Assembly: GCA_964563155.1 (NCBI GenBank)
Contig: CAZLVL010000009.1
Location: 32,206 to 96,205, forward strand
Reading direction: 5' to 3'
Length of the DNA: 64,000 bases
Origin: an uncultured Clostridiaceae bacterium
Lineage (GTDB): Bacteria > Bacillota > Clostridia > DUPQ01
This document shows, in pieces, positions 53,701 through 62,519 of the stretch. Every line of letters begins with the position of its first letter. Position 1 is the first letter of the stretch. The translations under genes and the position numbers were made by a program. Below the pieces are notes generated by a model. That model ran no database searches. It was not told where the DNA came from and saw only the letters and a program-made list of their open reading frames with translations.

Positions 53701-53960
53701 GTTTTATAGATAAAGATATTTTGAAAAAAAGAAAAATTGTGGATGCCCACTTAAGAGATAATATATTTAAAAGTTTAGAAGATAATATAAAAAGTACAGG
53801 AAAAAGAATCTTAGAATCAGATTTTGTGGTATATCCACTTTCTGACAAGAAATATACAGCCTGTGAGTACTGCCCCTATAACCCCCTATGCGGCTTTGAT
53901 AGACAAAGCAGGGGATATAGGTATTTAACAGAAGTAAAGGATGATGAGATTGTATGGTAA
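50781..53960 (+). CDS. addB: Helicase-exonuclease AddAB subunit AddB (RexB-like, degenerate Walker A)
   Basis: 1059 aa. C-terminal RecB-type nuclease (RVIDYKSS) and Fe-S cysteines (IACPYQY ... CEYCPYNPLC). Lies upstream of addA. Confidence 0.9.
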   Translation: MSIRVLTSKRKKLLTERFLFEIKKESKKNLFLKQRLIVIIPEQFSSYYEEVLAEESGLINIEVMTFSRLVQRLFDLEYVQNQNILSQSGKTMILYSLLNSDELSLNYFKQSARFPGFSTLLSKTLNELQNNSIGYMDLRDFATKGDSSTIEEKFLELADIYQAFTTHIQEKGYNTEDLAFETLNRQILDSDLFKDAFIWVDRFSYFTSNEFNILKNLAKVVNKINISLCLDANRDSYDSDLFVTAWSTLDEIKGFSEEKKIELSIENISLIDKKEEDLEITTLLENLFLNRSESLDNKVDNISLYKALDIYEEVEYVAIDIKKRVVEKKERYKDILLVTSDLDSYEKIALAIFSQYDIPFYVNKRKNITDNPLIKFISTLMDIYIWDYDSSYIIKLLKNIYSGYEDEDLIYSLENYIIKWGIKGKRAWHLNWNYENSSKDLLMNKIKDSLINNLDQFFKKIEKPISAYDFANEFYLLCERFKLRDKLSDSSFFDNLYDYEEAKQCYNSFIKILDQLVYVAPEKENDSYLYLQMLKTAFMEETIGITPMTQDCVFLTDVQRTDIFDYQSLYLLGVNEGTFPGISQPSAIFNEMELEIFENEGYSLFKNLFDNEDEQDYIVYSLLQSSKSDLTITYPSNDFEGNYLFPSPYINKIKGIFPNIKQVHKEDLSTFDYIYNLKSGFSQLKDTKDFLERVEVSENFEKLLDKKEQEKKELDGLGKVLFDTKLSLSPTMLESYIACPYQYLMRYGLKLYEREEFDYFSKNLGNFRHLLLSNTLKHIFNEYKDDYTKEELEELCIEYANKINSVNNIYKKDPLMEYIQDRAINQTVETLEATLEVLKTEKIKPLHFEAEFSDKSEFPSITIKEDNMEISLSGKIDRIDRGVDEYSQLFRVIDYKSSSTDISLYQIKDGSKIQLPFYAYAYEKLSHSLPLGFYYMVLDHEFVETKKTEEEDPNKKKISLVGYTFKDDSFEFEGFIDKDILKKRKIVDAHLRDNIFKSLEDNIKSTGKRILESDFVVYPLSDKKYTACEYCPYNPLCGFDRQSRGYRYLTEVKDDEIVW

Positions 53961-56900
53961 TGTGGACAGATCAGCAAAAAAAAGCTATTGAAATAAAGGA
54001 TAATAATATTTTAGTATCTGCTGCAGCTGGTAGTGGTAAAACAGCAACCCTTATTGAAAGAATAATAAGTATCTTATCTGACCCTCTTTTAGATGTTAAA
54101 ACTGAAAATGTTATGGTAACCACCTTCACAAATGCAGCAGCCGGAGAGATTAGAGAAAGAATAAGATCTGCTCTTTTGCAAAAGGTTAAAGAAAATCCTG
54201 AAGATCAATATATTAAAAAGCAATATAGAAATATTTCACAAGCTTCCATTTTTACCCTTCACTCCTTTTGTGCAGATGTAATTAGAAAACATTCATCATT
54301 AATATCATTAGACCCATATTTTAGTATCCTTGACCAAACTCTGGGAGAAAGATACTTAGATGATGCCATAAAAAGGTGTATGGAGGCATATTTATCGGAA
54401 GATAACCAAGATTTTGCAAATATGTTGTCTACTTTAGGCTATGGTAGAAACTTTAATTCTTTTATAGATCTCTTAAAAGATACCTACTACACCATTAAAA
54501 GTTATCCAGATTATGAAGAATGGCTTTATGAAAAGGTTGAAGAGACCTTGCTTGATAAGCATGATATTTTTGCTTCTACCTATGGAATAGAAATATTAAA
54601 TATGCTAACTGATAACTTTAACTTGCTTAAAGACTTTATTGAAAAGACTCAAGAATTTTTAGGTAATGAAGAAGAAGAGTATTATGAAGAAGCCCTATTA
54701 AGTGATTTAGAGTTTTTGGATGAAATTGAATTAAATTTAAATAAAAAATCTTGGGACCAATTATATAATTTTATCTTAGAGATAAGGGATAAAAAATTTA
54801 AGAACTTACCTAGAAAAAAACCTCATTTTGAAGAAGAAATGGTTGATATGGTAAAAACAAGCAGACAAAGGGTTAAAGATTATATAAAGCTTTTGGATAA
54901 AGAAATATATGACAATAGCCAGCAAATACTAAAAGATTGCCACTACCTATATCCTACTATTAAGATTTTTGCTTCCATGCTTATTAGAGTAGATAAGACC
55001 TATTCAGAATACAAAGAAAAATTAAAGGCTATTGATTTTTCTGATATGGAACATATGGCTCTAAAGTGTTTAAGGGCTGGAGCAGGAGACTTTTACAAAA
55101 ACAAATTTAAACATATATTGATTGATGAATATCAAGACTTCAACTATCTACAAGAAGAGATAATAAATCAAATAAAAAGAGAAAATAATGTCTTTTCAGT
55201 AGGGGACTTAAAACAAAGTATTTATCGTTTTAGAAATGCCCAAACCGCTATCTTTAGAAATAAGGCAGCCCTTTATGAACAAGATTTAGAATCTGGAGTT
55301 AGAATTAATTTAGGCCACAACTTTAGAAGTAGAAGTGGAGTTATTGACTATGTAAATCTAGTTTTTAGAGGAATAATGAATAAAAATCTTGGTGAGGTTG
55401 ATTATGACGATAATGAAAGGCTTCTCCAAGGTGCCACCTACTATAAAGCTAGCGATAATCTCTATCAGCCTGAACTTGTTAAAATACAATATGATAGAAA
55501 TTCTCTTATTCAAGAATATCCCCACATTGATAGGATAAGGGCAGAGGCTTACGTGGTTGCTAATAAAATTAAAGAATTAATAAACAGTAAACTTCCCATA
55601 AACAACAAAGCTAAAGGAGACTTACCCATAGAATACAAGGATATTGTTATCTTGTTAAGAGCAACAAATCCCTATGGAGCTATATATGCTGATGTGTTAA
55701 AAAAAGTAGGTATACCAGCTCATTCAGATCAAACCATTGAGTTTTTAACTGAAAAATCCATATCTGACATGTATGCACTACTTCATGTAATAGATAATCC
55801 ATATCAAGATATTTATTTAGCTCAAATTATGATAAGCAGTATTTATGGTTTTACTGAAAAAGATTTAAGTGAGATAAGAAATAAGGAAAGTAATCTGTAT
55901 AATAATCTATTGACTTATATGGAAGAAAATAAGCTAGAGAAAAATGATTTAGAAGCAAACAAGCTAAACGAGAAGATAAAGAATTTCATAGATGATTTAA
56001 ATGATATGAGAGATTTCTTTAAGATAAATACCTTAGAAAAATCTATATATTATGCAATGACTAAAAGTGGACTTTTCTATATTGTAAAAAATAATGATCT
56101 TTTGAAGAAGTTTTACACCTTAAGTGTAGAAAGTGTTAAGAAGGGTATAAGTGATTTACCTGACTTTTTAGAGTTCTTAACTAGTAAAAAGAAAAAAGAC
56201 CTAGATATCATTTCAGATGTAATGAAAAATCAAGCTATTAATTCAGTTAAGATAATGAGTATCCATAAAAGTAAAGGCTTAGAATTTCCTGTTGTCATAT
56301 TAGCTGCTGCTCATAGGAACTTTAATATGGTAGATATTAGAAAAAGGGTCTTGATTGATAAGGATCTGGGTATTGGAAGTGGATATATTAACCTAGAAAA
56401 GAATACTTATCACAATCATATTACTAAAAATGCCCTTTCAATATCTCTTTTAAAGCAAAATCTATCAGAAGAGGTAAGAGTACTATATGTTGCCATGACA
56501 AGGGCCAAGGAAAAGCTTGTAATAACAGGCATTGACCCCAATAAAACCATATATTCTTACGCTAGTGAAGGTAAAAATTACTTTGATTGGATATTACCTA
56601 ATACTCCCAGTGAGATTGTTAAGGATATTGATGCTGATGAACTTCTTTCAATAATAGATAACTTAGAAAAAGAGGATAATATACATAATAAAGACAATAT
56701 AATCTTGCCAAAAGAGTTTGATGATCTAGAAACATTAATTGAAAGAATTAACTTTGAATATGGATTTTTAGAAGAAACCACCTTAAATAGAAAGGTCTCA
56801 GCTACTGAATTAATAAAATATCAAAGTAAAAACTATGAGATTGATGATTTTTACGATAGATATAGGGTAGCCAACTTAAATAAGCCCCAATTTTTAAATT

Positions 56901-57418
56901 TGTTAGGCGCATCAAAGTCAGCCAGCGAACTTGGTACAATGGTACATAAAATTATGGCATCAATTAATTTGAAAAAAATGAAAGATCCCATCTATAAACA
57001 GGAATTAAAGGAAAAAATTATAGAAGAAGACCTATACAAGGCAGTAGAAAAATTTAGTCAATCCAGTGTTTACGATCTAATAGAACAAAGTGACTTTGTG
57101 TATAAGGAAAAAGTCTTTTTCAATCCTGTAAATACAAATGATTACTCCTTGTTTGACACTCATAATTTAAAAAAAGACCATAAAGTCCTTTTACAGGGAG
57201 TAATTGATTGCTTGTGTATTAAAGATAATAAGGCATATATCATTGACTACAAAACAGATAAAATTAAAAAAGGTAAAGAAGTGGAAAGTGCTCAAAAATA
57301 TAAAGAACAGATGACTATATATAAAGATGCAGTAAGAAACACTATGAATATACCTGTGGAAAAAACTATAATATACTTTTTTGAAACAAATTCTTTTGTG
57401 GATCTTGAAGATTATTAA
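53954..57418 (+). CDS. addA: Helicase-exonuclease AddAB subunit AddA
   Basis: UvrD-type motifs AAAGSGKT, LIDEYQDFN and VMSIHKSKGLEFPVV, YVAMTRAKEKL, C-terminal nuclease GVIDCL...IIDYKTD. Confidence 0.93.
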   Translation: MVMWTDQQKKAIEIKDNNILVSAAAGSGKTATLIERIISILSDPLLDVKTENVMVTTFTNAAAGEIRERIRSALLQKVKENPEDQYIKKQYRNISQASIFTLHSFCADVIRKHSSLISLDPYFSILDQTLGERYLDDAIKRCMEAYLSEDNQDFANMLSTLGYGRNFNSFIDLLKDTYYTIKSYPDYEEWLYEKVEETLLDKHDIFASTYGIEILNMLTDNFNLLKDFIEKTQEFLGNEEEEYYEEALLSDLEFLDEIELNLNKKSWDQLYNFILEIRDKKFKNLPRKKPHFEEEMVDMVKTSRQRVKDYIKLLDKEIYDNSQQILKDCHYLYPTIKIFASMLIRVDKTYSEYKEKLKAIDFSDMEHMALKCLRAGAGDFYKNKFKHILIDEYQDFNYLQEEIINQIKRENNVFSVGDLKQSIYRFRNAQTAIFRNKAALYEQDLESGVRINLGHNFRSRSGVIDYVNLVFRGIMNKNLGEVDYDDNERLLQGATYYKASDNLYQPELVKIQYDRNSLIQEYPHIDRIRAEAYVVANKIKELINSKLPINNKAKGDLPIEYKDIVILLRATNPYGAIYADVLKKVGIPAHSDQTIEFLTEKSISDMYALLHVIDNPYQDIYLAQIMISSIYGFTEKDLSEIRNKESNLYNNLLTYMEENKLEKNDLEANKLNEKIKNFIDDLNDMRDFFKINTLEKSIYYAMTKSGLFYIVKNNDLLKKFYTLSVESVKKGISDLPDFLEFLTSKKKKDLDIISDVMKNQAINSVKIMSIHKSKGLEFPVVILAAAHRNFNMVDIRKRVLIDKDLGIGSGYINLEKNTYHNHITKNALSISLLKQNLSEEVRVLYVAMTRAKEKLVITGIDPNKTIYSYASEGKNYFDWILPNTPSEIVKDIDADELLSIIDNLEKEDNIHNKDNIILPKEFDDLETLIERINFEYGFLEETTLNRKVSATELIKYQSKNYEIDDFYDRYRVANLNKPQFLNLLGASKSASELGTMVHKIMASINLKKMKDPIYKQELKEKIIEEDLYKAVEKFSQSSVYDLIEQSDFVYKEKVFFNPVNTNDYSLFDTHNLKKDHKVLLQGVIDCLCIKDNKAYIIDYKTDKIKKGKEVESAQKYKEQMTIYKDAVRNTMNIPVEKTIIYFFETNSFVDLEDY

Positions 57419-57504
57419 AATATTTGTTTTTCTTTTAGGAAAAAACAATATATTCACTAATTTACAATTTATTTATACTTTTATCCCATGATCAATATTC
57501 TTTA

Positions 57505-57513
57505 TGGTATAAT
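57505..57513 (+). promoter_or_regulatory. Extended -10 element upstream of the CYTH gene
   Basis: TGGTATAAT (TGnTATAAT) 30 nt upstream of the ATG. Confidence 0.35.
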
Positions 57514-57542
57514 GACTAAAATATTTTTTTTGGGGTTAAAAA

Positions 57543-58112
57543 ATGACACAACTTAAAAAAGAGCTGGAAACTGAAATTAAAGTAATGATTTCAAAGGAAG
57601 AATATGAGGGCTTTTTTTGTAAGGCTACTCAGATATATAATCAAACCAACTATTATTACAAAGTAAATGATGACATGTATGTAAGGCTTAGAAAACTAAG
57701 AGACAAGTACTTCTTGCAATACAAAGAATTATTTGGTGAAAGTCGTAAGGCTTTAAAGGAAAACTATGAGTATTCAATGGATATTACAGAGGCAGACTAC
57801 ATAGTTATTAAAAATAATCCAAATGCACTTTATGAATACTTAGACATAAAAGATATTAATATTGACTGTAGTAAATATAAAGGTTGTTTGAAGACCATTA
57901 GAGGTCACATCGTATTGGATGAATCAATGAATAAAGTTCAGGTAGACTTAAATGAGTATAATGGTAAAGTTGACTATGAACTAGAATGGGAAATTGATAA
58001 AAATGAATATGATAAGGCTGTTGAAATATTGAAAGACAATGGAATTGATTTAAATCAAAGAAAAGTTGGGCTAACAAAATTTGCTCGTATGATGCATGCA
58101 AGCTCATATTAG
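57543..58112 (+). CDS. CYTH domain protein (triphosphate tunnel metalloenzyme, YjbK-like)
   Basis: N-terminal ExExK motif (ELETEIKV), a later EWE motif (DYELEWEI), 189 aa. Confidence 0.65.
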   Translation: MTQLKKELETEIKVMISKEEYEGFFCKATQIYNQTNYYYKVNDDMYVRLRKLRDKYFLQYKELFGESRKALKENYEYSMDITEADYIVIKNNPNALYEYLDIKDINIDCSKYKGCLKTIRGHIVLDESMNKVQVDLNEYNGKVDYELEWEIDKNEYDKAVEILKDNGIDLNQRKVGLTKFARMMHASSY

Positions 58113-58153
58113 TCTCTTGATGTTGTTTTAAAGTTTAATTTGAATTAAAATTG

Positions 58154-58201
58154 TATAGGATACAAGCTATTGGTAAATAAATTGTATCCTATATTTTTTT
58201 A
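58154..58201 (+). terminator. Rho-independent terminator after the CYTH gene
   Basis: Perfect 12-bp stem: tataggatacaa (58154-58165) pairs with ttgtatcctata (58182-58193). Followed by a T-run. Confidence 0.75.
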
Positions 58202-58215
58202 TAAAGGAAGGTAAC

Positions 58216-59523
58216 ATGAAATATTCAAGATTCAACTTCAAGGATAGGCAATCTCTAGAAAAAGTTATTGAAGAAAATAAAATAAACTTAGGTTTTGAAG
58301 ATGATTTAAGCATTTTACAAAGCCCTGTGAAAATTGGCAATAAGGTAGCCAAAAATTCTTTAGGAATACATCCTATGGAAGGTTGTGATTCTAATGAAGA
58401 AGGCTCTTGCTCTGATTTAACCATTAGAAGATACAAAAGATTTGCAAAGGGTGGAGCTGGTTTAATCTGGTTTGAAGCCACAGCAGCAGATTATTCAGGT
58501 AAAGCAAATCCAAGACAACTAATCATAACTGATAAGAACGTTAAAAACTTTGAAGAAGTTAATACCATGATAAAAAAAGAATCTAATGGAAGCTTAAATA
58601 TTATGCAATTAACCCATTCAGGAAGATTTTCTAGGCCTACAGATAAGCTAGAACCAGTTTTAGAATGTGAAAACGATATTCTTGATAGGCATCAAAAGCT
58701 TCAAAAATTAAATGTTATTTCAGATCAGGATCTTGAAAAACTGGAAGATGCTTTTGCCTACAGTGCTAAGCTAGCATATAAGGCTGGATTTGATGGTATA
58801 GACATGAAAGCTTGCCATAGATACTTAAATTCAGGTCTTTTAAGTGCCTACACTAGAGAAGGAAAATATGGTGGAGACTTAGAAGGTAGAACTAGATTTT
58901 TCTTTAACAGTTTAGAAAAGATTAAAAATGCTGTTAATGATGATGATTTCATTATATCAACTCGCTTAAATATATTTGACTCTATACCTTATCCTTTTGG
59001 CTTTGGAGTAGATAAGACAGATTACAGAAAACCAGACTATACTGAACCAACAGAACTGGTTAAAAGGCTTTATGATAAGGGAGTTAAGCTGGTAAATATA
59101 ACTATGGGAACCCCATACTATAACCCTCATGTAAATAGGCCCTTTGATACAGGGGAATATATGCCATCTGAGCATCCTCTTGAAGGAATTGAAAGATTAA
59201 TTGATGGTGCTGCAAAAATTAAAAAGGCTGTACCAGAAATGGTTATTATGGGAACAGGTTATACTTGGTTGCGTCAATTTGCTCCATATGTGGCAGCTTA
59301 TGTTAAAAAGAATAATATGGCTGACATAATTGGGTTTGGAAGACAAGCTTTAGCTTATCCTGACTTTGCCAATGATATCTTTAATGACAATCAAATGTAT
59401 GCTAATAAATCTTGTATTGCATGTGGAAAATGTACTGAATTAATGAGAGCTCACTCTACACCTGGTTGTGTTATTAGGGATACTGATGTATATCTTCCTT
59501 TATACAAGGCTATTGGTAAATAG
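58216..59523 (+). CDS. Old Yellow Enzyme-family NADH:flavin oxidoreductase with C-terminal Fe-S cysteine cluster, lacking the FadH/BaiCD-type C-terminal FAD/NAD domain
   Basis: OYE TIM-barrel motifs (MQLTHSGRFS, FDGIDMKACHRYL, GFGRQALAYPDF). C-x2-C-x2-C-x11-C at 59413-59469. 435 aa. Confidence 0.85.
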   Translation: MKYSRFNFKDRQSLEKVIEENKINLGFEDDLSILQSPVKIGNKVAKNSLGIHPMEGCDSNEEGSCSDLTIRRYKRFAKGGAGLIWFEATAADYSGKANPRQLIITDKNVKNFEEVNTMIKKESNGSLNIMQLTHSGRFSRPTDKLEPVLECENDILDRHQKLQKLNVISDQDLEKLEDAFAYSAKLAYKAGFDGIDMKACHRYLNSGLLSAYTREGKYGGDLEGRTRFFFNSLEKIKNAVNDDDFIISTRLNIFDSIPYPFGFGVDKTDYRKPDYTEPTELVKRLYDKGVKLVNITMGTPYYNPHVNRPFDTGEYMPSEHPLEGIERLIDGAAKIKKAVPEMVIMGTGYTWLRQFAPYVAAYVKKNNMADIIGFGRQALAYPDFANDIFNDNQMYANKSCIACGKCTELMRAHSTPGCVIRDTDVYLPLYKAIGK

Positions 59524-59634
59524 ATTAGTATGTAAATATTAGCTAGAATAAGTTGTAAAAGAATAAGAATATTAAATAAATATACTTAAAAAAAATGGTA
59601 GAAATATTGGAAATAGATTTTTAAGGAGGAGAAG

Positions 59635-60405
59635 ATGAGAAAAACAGCAGTTATCAGCGGAGCAGCCAGGGGAATTGGCAATGCAACCGCATTTCAATTG
59701 GCAAGTGACGGCTATAATATAGCTATTTTGGATGTGTTTGAATATGAGGACGTTTTAGAAAATCTTAAGAGAATAGAGGATTTAGATATAGATTTTCTTT
59801 ACTTCAAAGGAGACCTAGCATCAGATTCTAGCCGTAAGGAATTTGTTAAAAAGATAATGGATAAATTTGGAAGAATTGATCTTTTGGTTAATAATGCAGG
59901 CGTTGGACCTAAGGTAAGAATGGATATTCTTGATACAACAGTGGAAAGCTTTGATTTTGTTATGGATATTAACCTAAAGGGAACCTTCTTTTTAAGTCAA
60001 GAAGTGGCTAATCAAATGATTAAGGTTATGGAAAAATTTGAAGATGCTAGACCTAAGATTATTAATATCTCTTCCATGTCAGCCTATACCAGCTCTACTT
60101 CTAGAGGAGAATATTGTATATCTAAAGCTGGTGTAAGCATGGTTACAAAGTTATTTGCAGACCGTCTTGCAGAATATGGTATTAATGTTTATGAAATTAG
60201 GCCTGGAATTATCTATACACCAATGACAGAAGTTGTAAGAGCAAAATATGACAAATTAATAGATGAAGGTATCACACCTATTAAAAGATGGGGATATCCA
60301 GAGGATATTGCTAATGCAGTTTCAGCCTTTGCGTCAGGCAAATTTGCCTTTTCAACTGGTGAAGTTATTAATGTAGATGGTGGTTTCCACATACAAAGAT
60401 TGTAG
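59635..60405 (+). CDS. Short-chain dehydrogenase/reductase (classical SDR)
   Basis: SGAARGIG cofactor motif, NNAG, catalytic S...YCISK. 256 aa. GGAGGAG RBS. Confidence 0.9.
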   Translation: MRKTAVISGAARGIGNATAFQLASDGYNIAILDVFEYEDVLENLKRIEDLDIDFLYFKGDLASDSSRKEFVKKIMDKFGRIDLLVNNAGVGPKVRMDILDTTVESFDFVMDINLKGTFFLSQEVANQMIKVMEKFEDARPKIINISSMSAYTSSTSRGEYCISKAGVSMVTKLFADRLAEYGINVYEIRPGIIYTPMTEVVRAKYDKLIDEGITPIKRWGYPEDIANAVSAFASGKFAFSTGEVINVDGGFHIQRL

Positions 60406-60414
60406 GAGGATTGA

Positions 60415-62385
60415 ATGAAAAAAGAGAAAATTAATATTAACAATGTTGAATACGATTTAATTACAGTTAATACTGTTGTAGTAGGAACCGGTGCTGCTGG
60501 TTTTAATGCAGCTGACAGTCTTTATGATTTAGGTCAAAAAGATATTTGCATTGTTACAGAAGGTGTCAAAATGGGAACCTCTAGAAATACAGGTTCTGAC
60601 AAGCAAACCTATTACAAACTTACTCTAGCAGGAGATGGAGATGATTCCATTTATGAAATGGCTAAAACTCTTTTTGATGGAGGAAGTATGCATGGCGATA
60701 TAGCTTTAACAGAAGCTGCTCTATCAGCTAAAGGCTTTTACAAACTAGCATCTATAGGAGTGCCTTTTCCCCACAATAGATTTGGTGAGTATATAGGCTA
60801 TAAAACAGATCATGACCCCAGACAAAGAGCAACATCAGCTGGTCCTTTAACCTCTAAGTTTATGACCGAAAAGCTGGAAAAACAGGTAAACGCCAAGGGT
60901 ATTGAAATATTTGATGGCTATTATGTTCTTGCAATATTAGAAAATAACAGTAAGGTTCATGGTTTAATAACCATAAATGAAGCCAAAGTTAAGGATGATA
61001 ATCATGGTATAACTATTTTCAATTGTACAAACGTGGTCTATGGAACAGGTGGACCTGCTGCCATGTATGACACATCTGTTTATCCCATAAGTCATAGTGG
61101 TTCATCCGGTATAGCCTATGAAGCAGGTGCTAAGGGAATTAACCTTACAGAATCTCAATATGGAATAGCTTCTACAAAGTTTCGTTGGAACCTATCTGGA
61201 ACCTACCAACAAGTTATACCTAGATACATTTCAACAGACAGTGAAGGAAATGATGAAAAGGAATTTTTAGATGACTACTTTACTGATAAGGGAAGACTAT
61301 TTGATTGTATTTTCTTAAAGGGATACCAATGGCCCTTTGACCCAAGAAAGATTGAAGATTTAGGTTCTTCAATTATTGATATTTTAGTCTTTAATGAAAC
61401 AGCCATTAAAGGTAGAAGAGTATTCATGGACTTTAGGAAAAACCCAAAAGGCTTTGACTTTTCTCTTTTAAACCAAGAATCCTATACCTATCTAGAAAAT
61501 TCAAATGCATTTCAAGATACTCCAATTGCTAGATTAGAGCACATGAATAAGCCTGCTATTGATTTGTATATGAACAATGGAATTGATTTATACAAGGAAA
61601 ATTTAGAAATAGCTGTATGTGCGCAACACAATAATGGAGGTCTAATGGGAAATATTTGGTATGAAAGCAATTTATCCAATTTCTTCCCAGTAGGTGAGGT
61701 AAATGGCTCTTTTGGAGTGTATAGACCTGGTGGTTCTGCTTTGAACTCAACTCAAGTTTCTTCTTTTAGAGCTGCACAATTTATATCTAACAACTATAGA
61801 CATGATCCTTTAAGCATAGATACATTTTCTAAGACCTTTACAAAAGATATTGAAAAATTTAATAATCTTTCTAAAAATCTTTTAAATAAAAAAGATGAAG
61901 ACAATATCTTTACCCTAAGAAAACAATATCAAAAGACAATGACCAGAGCAGGTGCTCACATAAGAGATATTAATGAAATTGAGCAAGCTTTAGTTACAGT
62001 TAAAAATGAATTAAAGGACTTTGAAGTTAAGACTTCTGTAAACGATGCTTCTAATTTAGCAAATGCTTTTAGAAATAGGGATATCTTAATAACTCAATTT
62101 GTCTATCTTTCAGCTATTAAAGAATTTATTAGGGCTGGTGGTAGGTCAAGAGGTTCATACCTAGTTAAGGATGAAAATGGAATTCTACCTATGGAAGGTT
62201 TGCCTGAAAGTTTCCGTTTTGTTCTAGATGATGGAAAACTAGTGGAAAAAGCTTGTCTTGTATCATTTGACGTGGATAAGTTAGAGGTTAACTTTGAATG
62301 GGAAGATATTAGACCTATACCTAGAGAAGATAACTGGTTTGAGAATGTTTGGAATGACTATAGAAATGATAAGATTATAAAGTAA
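60415..62385 (+). CDS. Large FAD-binding flavoprotein (FAD_binding_2 / fumarate reductase-succinate dehydrogenase flavoprotein-like)
   Basis: VVVGTGAAGFNAA dinucleotide fold, TSRNTGSDKQTYY, a distal GGLMGN...FPVGEVNG FAD-closing segment. 656 aa. Start is 9 nt after the SDR stop. Confidence 0.75.
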   Translation: MKKEKININNVEYDLITVNTVVVGTGAAGFNAADSLYDLGQKDICIVTEGVKMGTSRNTGSDKQTYYKLTLAGDGDDSIYEMAKTLFDGGSMHGDIALTEAALSAKGFYKLASIGVPFPHNRFGEYIGYKTDHDPRQRATSAGPLTSKFMTEKLEKQVNAKGIEIFDGYYVLAILENNSKVHGLITINEAKVKDDNHGITIFNCTNVVYGTGGPAAMYDTSVYPISHSGSSGIAYEAGAKGINLTESQYGIASTKFRWNLSGTYQQVIPRYISTDSEGNDEKEFLDDYFTDKGRLFDCIFLKGYQWPFDPRKIEDLGSSIIDILVFNETAIKGRRVFMDFRKNPKGFDFSLLNQESYTYLENSNAFQDTPIARLEHMNKPAIDLYMNNGIDLYKENLEIAVCAQHNNGGLMGNIWYESNLSNFFPVGEVNGSFGVYRPGGSALNSTQVSSFRAAQFISNNYRHDPLSIDTFSKTFTKDIEKFNNLSKNLLNKKDEDNIFTLRKQYQKTMTRAGAHIRDINEIEQALVTVKNELKDFEVKTSVNDASNLANAFRNRDILITQFVYLSAIKEFIRAGGRSRGSYLVKDENGILPMEGLPESFRFVLDDGKLVEKACLVSFDVDKLEVNFEWEDIRPIPREDNWFENVWNDYRNDKIIK

Positions 62386-62411
62386 GTGATAAGATCTTTA
62401 AAATTATAAAA

Positions 62412-62439
62412 AAAAAGACTTCCTATGTGAAGTCTTTTT
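62412..62439. terminator. Bidirectional intrinsic terminator between the FAD flavoprotein gene and the GH92 gene
   Basis: aaaaagacttc (62412-62422) pairs with gaagtcttttt (62429-62439). A/T runs on both sides. Confidence 0.75.
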
Positions 62440-62519
62440 GTAAACCAAGAATAAAATTCATTAATAGCTGTGTAAAGGTAAAGTAAAAATTGTATAAAGG
62501 TTTTAAAGAGTTAAACTAA

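Noticed and set aside
57424-57448. A/T-only hairpin (ttgtttttc / gaaaaaacaa) after addA as a terminator
   Set aside because: The stem is bulged and made entirely of weak pairs with no clear U-tail. It is too weak to list as a feature.
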